From: Bdellovibrionota bacterium
GTDB taxonomy: Bacteria > Bdellovibrionota_G > JALEGL01 > DATDPG01
Direction: 5' to 3'
Length of the DNA: 64,000 nt
Assembly (NCBI GenBank): GCA_963668355.1
Contig: OY764265.1
Span: 2,496,001 to 2,560,000 of the forward strand
A program made the translations under genes and the position numbers. How positions within the stretch are numbered: position 1 is the stretch's first letter; each line of letters starts with the position of its first letter. Under the pieces are notes generated by a model. That model saw only the letters and a list, made by a program, of their open reading frames with translations, was not told where the DNA came from and ran no database searches. Below, piece after piece: positions 57,801 through 64,000 of the stretch.

Positions 57801-58298
57801 GTGAAGAACCGAAGACATTTTTTATGGATGGTTGTTTTAGCTGGAATTTTTCTTTTCCAAGCCTGCGGAAGTGATGGGGGCTCCATTCGGATTGTGACCA
57901 ATGGAGTGGTTCGAGAAACCTCCGCTCAGCAGATTCTTTGTGTGGCAGGAGGGGTTACCGGGGCCGGTATTGCCGGAAACGATGGCTACTTAGCTGCACC
58001 CCTGGTTTGCTCGGTCTCTTTTCGAACGGACGGTTATTTTGCAGACTATCTCGAACTCACCGCCTTTGATGTCCCTGCCGCGTTTCAATATTTAGGAACC
58101 TGGCTTCCTGTGGGCGGTGGGTTAATTGACGCGTGGATCACGCTTCAAGGACAAGAGCAGCCCATTTTTAATGGCGCAGTACGATTTACAGAAATTTCCA
58201 ATGTGGTGGGTCGAAGGGTTTGTGCCCAATATGCATTTGAAACCGGGTTAGATGTTGTGGAAGGTGAATTCTGCACGGAAGTTCAGGTGGGCTACTAA
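57801..58298 (+). CDS. Hypothetical lipoprotein
   Basis: GTG start with an AGGTG RBS; FQAC lipobox. Confidence 0.7.
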   Translation: MKNRRHFLWMVVLAGIFLFQACGSDGGSIRIVTNGVVRETSAQQILCVAGGVTGAGIAGNDGYLAAPLVCSVSFRTDGYFADYLELTAFDVPAAFQYLGTWLPVGGGLIDAWITLQGQEQPIFNGAVRFTEISNVVGRRVCAQYAFETGLDVVEGEFCTEVQVGY

Positions 58299-58299
58299 A

Positions 58300-59340
58300 A
58301 TGTTAAGAAGGTCATCAGTCGTTCTTTTGGGGTGTGTATTCTTGATTTCTTGTTCCGGAGGGGCCAGCCGAGAAAGTGGAATCGTAGACCCTCGAACGGC
58401 CATGGGAGATCACTCTTGGATGAGTCAGGCCGCGACGGCGACGGAGACCGCTCCGACTTCCTCCCGCAGCCGAGAAATCCCGTACAATTTGAACGGTTGG
58501 ACCGACTTTTCTCAACTTCCCACCATGGCCGAATGCAAGGCCGAATGTTTTGAAATTGGGGAGACTGAGGACGGAAAAAGTGTCTTGATTGCTCTTGAGG
58601 ATCCCCCTGAGGATCCGTGCGAGGCTTGTTGGGAGCATGTGGCATTTGAAGTGGATGGAATGACGATTTATTGGCATGAGCTCACCGGGATGGGAATGAA
58701 CCAAGGCGGAACGCTCTCACCCGCTTTGTCTGCGTGTTTTCCCAATTCTCAAATGGGTGGAAGTGCTTCGACCTTTCCCTGGAACCGTCGCTCCATGGCC
58801 TATCAATCTGGTTTAGGGGCTGGATACTTGCCGTATCAAAGTCAAGCCATGGGGTCTTTGGGCGCTCCGATGTCTTATCCTTGTGAGCAAGGCATGGGGG
58901 ATTGGGCTCGAATGAAGGCCGTTGGACAATTGCTTTATGACTTGGATCAAAGCTTTTACGCCATTGAAAGTGGCGCTCCACCAGAGCAGGTGTTTTACGA
59001 ACTTGAGGATCGAAATGTTTCCAGGCGAATGGATGAATGGGGCACCCCCTCCATGGGTGAACTCTTGAGCGGCTTGTTAAGTTCTCTCAAGATGGCGGGA
59101 GAGGGCACATTGAAAAGCGCGGCCTATTCTTTCACCATGCCGATGAAGCAGATGGCCTATCGGACGATGGCGGCAGGCCAGTACTCCGCCTGGGCGATGA
59201 AAAACCAATTTAGCCGAACAGGGTATCAGTTGGGCTACATGCTCAATGGGGCTCGTTTTTATTCTCCGGGAATGTGTAATCAACGGGGTTATCAAATGGT
59301 TCAGAACCCCATGTGTGGTTCGGGATATCTAAGATATTAA
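58300..59340 (+). CDS. Hypothetical Met/Gly/Gln-rich lipoprotein
   Basis: LISC lipobox; start ATG 58300 directly after the upstream stop. Confidence 0.7.
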   Translation: MLRRSSVVLLGCVFLISCSGGASRESGIVDPRTAMGDHSWMSQAATATETAPTSSRSREIPYNLNGWTDFSQLPTMAECKAECFEIGETEDGKSVLIALEDPPEDPCEACWEHVAFEVDGMTIYWHELTGMGMNQGGTLSPALSACFPNSQMGGSASTFPWNRRSMAYQSGLGAGYLPYQSQAMGSLGAPMSYPCEQGMGDWARMKAVGQLLYDLDQSFYAIESGAPPEQVFYELEDRNVSRRMDEWGTPSMGELLSGLLSSLKMAGEGTLKSAAYSFTMPMKQMAYRTMAAGQYSAWAMKNQFSRTGYQLGYMLNGARFYSPGMCNQRGYQMVQNPMCGSGYLRY

Positions 59341-59569
59341 GAAAAAAAATAATATTTTTTTAAATTTTTTTAAGGTCCTTACTCTCTTTTTTGACAAAAA
59401 TTCTCATTAAAATAAATACTTTAAAGAGCACTCTTAATCTAACAATTTAAAGATCCCGCAGGGGTTGAATTCGGCAGAATGGGGTACTATGATCTCATCA
59501 CGGCGACAGGGTGTGATGTGGAATCGAAGGGACGCGTCAAAGAAGCCCCAAACCGTGGTTGTGCCACAA

Positions 59570-59704
59570 TGTGACGAAGATGTCACAAAAGTGAGATCAT
59601 TGTTGGTCAGAAGATGTTGTTTTGCGCGCGGTAGGCACAAATTATTAAGTAAAATTAGCAAGTTACGAATGATTCGATTTGCGATGAGCGGCACGTAAGA
59701 TGCA
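59570..59704 (+). promoter_or_regulatory. Sigma-54 promoter with an upstream enhancer-like palindrome
   Basis: CGGCACGTAAGATGCA at 59689-59704; TGTGAC-N6-GTCACA at 59570-59587. Confidence 0.55.
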
Positions 59705-59745
59705 AAGCTATGTTGCAGATTCAAACATGACAGGAGGCTTAGACG

Positions 59746-60069
59746 ATGACCTTTCAAGAAGTAACGAAAATGATGTTGAACAGCATGGATTTCTTTGAAC
59801 TTAGACGCACGGCCGCTCGTTATACCGTTCCTTACCAAGGGGTTCGTCGACAGAAGTTAATCCGCGATTTGGAGCGAAAAATTCTTGCCAAATCGGCACC
59901 ACAACCTGAAATTCATCCAGAAGCCGTCGATATGCCGACCGTGGCAGAAACCTCTCCTCAAGGAGCCGTTTCTGCGAAACCAAAGATGGAAGGAAACCGA
60001 AATGTGTTTCGAGGACCTCGAATCAATACGTTTTCCACACGGACGACTGCTCCTCGCCAAAGAGCGTAA
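59746..60069 (+). CDS. Small hypothetical protein
   Basis: AGGAGG RBS; follows a sigma-54 motif. Confidence 0.65.
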   Translation: MTFQEVTKMMLNSMDFFELRRTAARYTVPYQGVRRQKLIRDLERKILAKSAPQPEIHPEAVDMPTVAETSPQGAVSAKPKMEGNRNVFRGPRINTFSTRTTAPRQRA

Positions 60070-60167
60070 CGGAAATACTCGGGCGTAGAACGCTCGTTTC
60101 GAATCATTACCCGAGCAAAGTGCTTTAAGGCTTTCATCGTGTAGGTCAATGTTATACATTGGCGCCA

Positions 60168-60344
60168 ATGAATGCGATCCAACAAGAGATCCACAAAAGG
60201 GTGGAGGCTTGTCTAGGCAAGAGCAAGAAGCTGACCATGGGCGAAGTTGAAATGTTGAGAGCGATGAGGGAAAGAAGTGTGTTTTTGAGTTTTCTGGAAG
60301 AGCAGGAACTCAAGACGATTGAGCGAAAAGTCGGACTGGCTTAA
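60168..60344 (+). CDS. Small hypothetical protein
   Basis: Helical-looking ~58-aa ORF ending 5 nt before the next start. Confidence 0.45.
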   Translation: MNAIQQEIHKRVEACLGKSKKLTMGEVEMLRAMRERSVFLSFLEEQELKTIERKVGLA

Positions 60345-60349
60345 TTTTT

Positions 60350-60793
60350 ATGGAACTTGATTCTGGAATGGTCTTAAGGGCCTTGGCTATGGCGTTTGGC
60401 CTATGGTTGTTGTGGACGATTGCGTCTTTGCAACGTGATTTGGGTCGATTGAAGAAACAACTTGCCGAGCTAGAAGCTTCTCGGGAAGAGAATTTAGAGC
60501 AAGAACGTTTGAATGAAGTTCTCCCCAAACCGTCTGATGAAGGACGCACAGAAGTTCAGGAATTCGCGGCGAGTCTGTCGGCATCGGAACCTTCCCCGGC
60601 CCCTTCAAAAAAAGAAGTGGATTTAGCCCCACCGACCCGGACGGACCCCCTTCCTGAAGTATCCTCTCTGCCAGAGATGGATTTGCCCATTGATGAGGGA
60701 AAGCTCGATGAAATCGACTTTGCTTCAGCACTGAGTCAGGACGATTCCTCGTCCACTCAGATCAAAGATTTGAATCCAAAAAAGAAGTCTTAA
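60350..60793 (+). CDS. Hypothetical membrane-anchored protein
   Basis: N-terminal TM helix, coiled coil, acidic Pro-rich tail. Confidence 0.65.
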   Translation: MELDSGMVLRALAMAFGLWLLWTIASLQRDLGRLKKQLAELEASREENLEQERLNEVLPKPSDEGRTEVQEFAASLSASEPSPAPSKKEVDLAPPTRTDPLPEVSSLPEMDLPIDEGKLDEIDFASALSQDDSSSTQIKDLNPKKKS

Positions 60794-60802
60794 GAGCTCT
60801 TG

Positions 60803-62674
60803 TTAACGGGATGAATTTGAATCTGAGGGAGAGTTCTCTCCGAATCCACCGGCCATCATTTGCCATTGATAGATTTTTTCGTTCATTTCCAAAAGGCGCT
60901 GAGTCAAAATGCGACAGAGGATCGTTAAGAATTGATACGCCGAGTCCGTATCAATCGATAGGATTTCTCTTAAGGCCTGGCTATTGATCACAAGAACCGT
61001 CGTGCCTTGTTCTTGGGCTCGTGCATCGGCCGACCTTCGATGGTTGTTACCAATGAGGGCCATTTCTCCAAAGAAGTCACCTTTTTGTAGAATGGAAAGG
61101 GCCTCTCGTCCCGTTCCGGGAATGTCTTTACTGATCAAAACCGATCCCTGCAGGACGATATAAAGACGATCGCCCACATCTCCCTCGTTAAAAATGGTCT
61201 CGCCCGCATTGTAAATTTCTTCATTACTGAATTTAGCTAAAACAGAGAGTTCTTTTGTATTCAAGCCCTTAGATGCCAAGACCTCAAGTTTTCGATCAAT
61301 TTCAATATGGGTTCGTTTTCGGTCCAAAGGGGGAAGAGTCTTTTCTTCGGTAGGTTCTTCCGAAGGGACTTTTTGAGAAGCGGCAAAAAAACTTGTCATT
61401 CGGTCGTTGGATTCACGTATTTGGAAACTTAAGGATTTCCAAAAATACCAAAGGAAGTGAATGGCAATTTCACGTTCTCTGGCAAAAATGGTGGCCAATC
61501 CTGCCTTGTCAATGAAGAGGCAGGAGGACTCTTGAATCGAGACGGCGTTGCTGAAACGTTCTCGTCCGCTCAAGAGGTTGTCATCCCCAAAAAAACTTCC
61601 GGGGCCCAAGCTGGCATAAATTAACGGTCCATAGGGGGTGTTTTTTTGAATTTCCACCTTTCCTTGATTGAGCAAATAGAAGCCGTAAACCGGGTCGGAT
61701 TCGTGGTAGACGTATTCGCCTTGCTTCAATTCGACTTGGGAAGTGAATCGGCCCACCTTCAACACGGCTTCATCGTCCATATTTCGAAAGATGAGATGCT
61801 TTTTCAGCCGGAGGGCCATGTCATAGGTTTTTTGGGGGTCTTCCGGAACCTTCTTGTCTTCGGCCGCGGAGGGTTTTGCGTCCGGGCCTTTGGGAGAGGG
61901 TTCTGTAGAGGCTTTGATTCGGATTCCTTCGTCTTCCGCAACGCGATGCATTTCGGTTTCTTTTTCCTCGAAAAGGCGATTGATTCTTCGCTGTCGTTCG
62001 TGAATCAATTCATTTCGAGCAGACGGCGTCATATTCGGAATTTTTTCCAGAACGCTCTTGATCTTGGATCGATATTTTCCCGTTGTTGATTTTCGAGAGA
62101 TTTCTCCCGACAAAATGAGTGCATCAATGGAATATTTCAAAGCTTGCTCAAAATCCCGGTTTTGGAGGTGAGCGACGCTCAAAAGATCCACCACTTCTTC
62201 ATTGAAGGGATTGAGGTGAAGAGCCTTTTCCAATTCCTTGAGGGCTTCGACGATTTTTCCCGCTTCCAAGTAAAGTTTTCCCAATTGGAGGTAGGGAAGG
62301 TAAAAACCGGGTTGGTTGGAGATGGATAAGGAGAACACTTGTTCGGCCGCATCTCGTTTTCCATTTTGATGCAATAATTCCCCCAACCCCTGGAATCGTT
62401 CGAACCATGAATTCGATTCGGATTCATTTTCTCCATGAGACACGAGAATTTGTTTGGGAGAATCCATGGATTCTTTTTGCATGCTTCGCACTCTTCCCAA
62501 ATTAATTTTCAATGCGAGGTTCTCAGGAAATAGGCGACAGGCCGACTCGTAAATATGTATGGCTTTGTCGAGGTATCCGTTTTCCGTAAAGGTATTCGCT
62601 AAAAGGCAAAGATCCTCAACCGTGATTCCGTCACTTTCAAAACTGGCATCGCTCTTCATGGTCTCTGCGGTCAT
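60803..62674 (-). CDS. TPR protein with two cyclic-nucleotide-binding domains
   Basis: N-terminal TPRs; GSFFGD...ERFSNA and GDFFGEMAL...RRSADA phosphate-binding cassettes. Confidence 0.88.
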   Translation of the reverse strand: MTAETMKSDASFESDGITVEDLCLLANTFTENGYLDKAIHIYESACRLFPENLALKINLGRVRSMQKESMDSPKQILVSHGENESESNSWFERFQGLGELLHQNGKRDAAEQVFSLSISNQPGFYLPYLQLGKLYLEAGKIVEALKELEKALHLNPFNEEVVDLLSVAHLQNRDFEQALKYSIDALILSGEISRKSTTGKYRSKIKSVLEKIPNMTPSARNELIHERQRRINRLFEEKETEMHRVAEDEGIRIKASTEPSPKGPDAKPSAAEDKKVPEDPQKTYDMALRLKKHLIFRNMDDEAVLKVGRFTSQVELKQGEYVYHESDPVYGFYLLNQGKVEIQKNTPYGPLIYASLGPGSFFGDDNLLSGRERFSNAVSIQESSCLFIDKAGLATIFAREREIAIHFLWYFWKSLSFQIRESNDRMTSFFAASQKVPSEEPTEEKTLPPLDRKRTHIEIDRKLEVLASKGLNTKELSVLAKFSNEEIYNAGETIFNEGDVGDRLYIVLQGSVLISKDIPGTGREALSILQKGDFFGEMALIGNNHRRSADARAQEQGTTVLVINSQALREILSIDTDSAYQFLTILCRILTQRLLEMNEKIYQWQMMAGGFGENSPSDSNSSR

Positions 62675-62744
62675 GTGTGTTCGCCTTAGCCTACAGTGCC
62701 CTAAGTCTTTGTAAAGCTTCGATTTAAGTGGTCTAATGGCCTCT

Positions 62745-64000
62745 ATGAATGTTCATTTGATTCGGCTTTCAGGGACTCCTCACAGTATTGGTGAAACACA
62801 TGGTAAGGCAGCCAAAGATGCAGAGGCGCTCGGAGCTTTGATGTTCTTTGGAGAGTTTTTAGAGCATCTAGTCAAGTTTCCTGTGCGAGGGCGAAATGCT
62901 CAACGATTGAGAAAATGGCTATATCCTCTTGTGGAGAGCACGGCAGAACGACGTTTGATCGAACAGATTCCCAACCGGTATCGAGAAATGGCCGACGGGT
63001 TTTCCTCCTCCTCGGGACTGCCTCTTCCCTTGATTGAGAAGGCCTATGTGATGCCAGATCTGTTTAGCTATTTTTTGGGACGTTCTCGCGACTCCTTTTT
63101 CTCCCACATTCTCAAAGGCTTTGGGCTTGGGTGTACCTCATTTGCGGTAACTCCTTCGCAAGGAAATTCTTCCACGATTCTTCATGGTCGCAATTTGGAT
63201 TATCCCGGAGGGGATCGGTTCGGAAATCACCCGGCCATCATTGAGTATCATCCGGTCGACGGGCAAAAGTATTGTGCCGCTACGGCATTGGGAATTGATG
63301 GGCCGGGCATTTCGGGAATGAACGAGTCTGGAATTACGTTGGCGCTGCATATGAATTATTCGAAACGTGTCACGCTTTCCTCGACGCCGGTTGTGGTGAT
63401 TGGACATGAAATCATTCGCCAGGCCACTTCCTTAAAAGAAGCGGTGGAAATCGCTCGTCAATACGAAATCGGTTCTGGGTGGAGTTTTGTTTTAACCTCT
63501 GCGCGGGAAAACAATGCAGTGGTGTTGGAAGAAGATTCAAAAGATTTTGAATTGAGAGGTTTGGTTGATCGCCATTTGATCTGCACAAATCACTATGTTT
63601 CAGAATCTCTCCGAAAGCACGAAACCTGGCATTCGCCTGGAAAGGAGATGGATTCTAACGCTCGCATGAATCGAGTGAAGCGGTTTTTAACGCCAGAAAA
63701 AATTGAGCGGTTTGGTTTTTTGGATGCCATGGAACTTCTTTCCGATAGTGAGGACGATCTTTTGGGAAAGGAAAAGGGCTTCGTGAATACGGTTTGCGCC
63801 GCAGATACTTTGTTGAGTGTCGTTTTTGATGCTGGAAAGCAAGTGGTTTGCCTGGCTCAAGGCCCCTGTCCGGTTTCGAAAAATGCTTTTGGCGTATTTA
63901 GCGTTTTTCCAGGGCCCTTTTGGAAGGAAACCATTGCGCCCAAGAAAAAGCCTGAGGAACTCCAAAAAGATCGTGCTCGACGAGAATATGTTCAAGCCTC
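62745..64000 (+). CDS. C45 family autoproteolytic peptidase/acyltransferase, runs off the window end
   Basis: Read directly from sequence (absent from the ORF track): LSGTPHSIGETHG, GCTSFAV, LHGRNLDY, GMNESG; start 62736 or 62745. Confidence 0.85.
   Translation, partial: MNVHLIRLSGTPHSIGETHGKAAKDAEALGALMFFGEFLEHLVKFPVRGRNAQRLRKWLYPLVESTAERRLIEQIPNRYREMADGFSSSSGLPLPLIEKAYVMPDLFSYFLGRSRDSFFSHILKGFGLGCTSFAVTPSQGNSSTILHGRNLDYPGGDRFGNHPAIIEYHPVDGQKYCAATALGIDGPGISGMNESGITLALHMNYSKRVTLSSTPVVVIGHEIIRQATSLKEAVEIARQYEIGSGWSFVLTSARENNAVVLEEDSKDFELRGLVDRHLICTNHYVSESLRKHETWHSPGKEMDSNARMNRVKRFLTPEKIERFGFLDAMELLSDSEDDLLGKEKGFVNTVCAADTLLSVVFDAGKQVVCLAQGPCPVSKNAFGVFSVFPGPFWKETIAPKKKPEELQKDRARREYVQA

Overview
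Bacterial chromosomal window, probably from a deltaproteobacteria-like lineage (Bdellovibrionota/Myxococcota-style gene content; this is inference). Core and metabolic genes include hypAB, Fe-SOD, Ni-SOD, a FadF-like Fe-S protein, a two-component pair, corA, ppdK, smc, apt and three tRNAs (Ala-CGC, Thr-CGT, Arg-CCT). Many secreted/lipoprotein genes are preceded by sigma-54-type promoters. There are two accessory regions. (1) A ~5.2 kb mosaic (26133-31285) is bracketed by a 130-bp direct repeat and contains REP-like palindromes and probable IS91-like remnants. (2) A 7.4 kb satellite-like element (33677-41064; primase-helicase plus large serine recombinase) is integrated at the 3' end of tRNA-Ala. 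Top finding: the att core lies inside the 3' end of the integrase gene. The integrated gene ends ...KWWS*, while the reconstructed excised circle extends it in frame to ...KWWTLAPVYRTFFASRPDFNVNEITVLLAA*, which ends in an ssrA-like LAA degron. This suggests a recombination-controlled switch of the integrase C-terminus. A structured ~100-bp repeat family sits next to two tRNAs and independently supports the att assignment.
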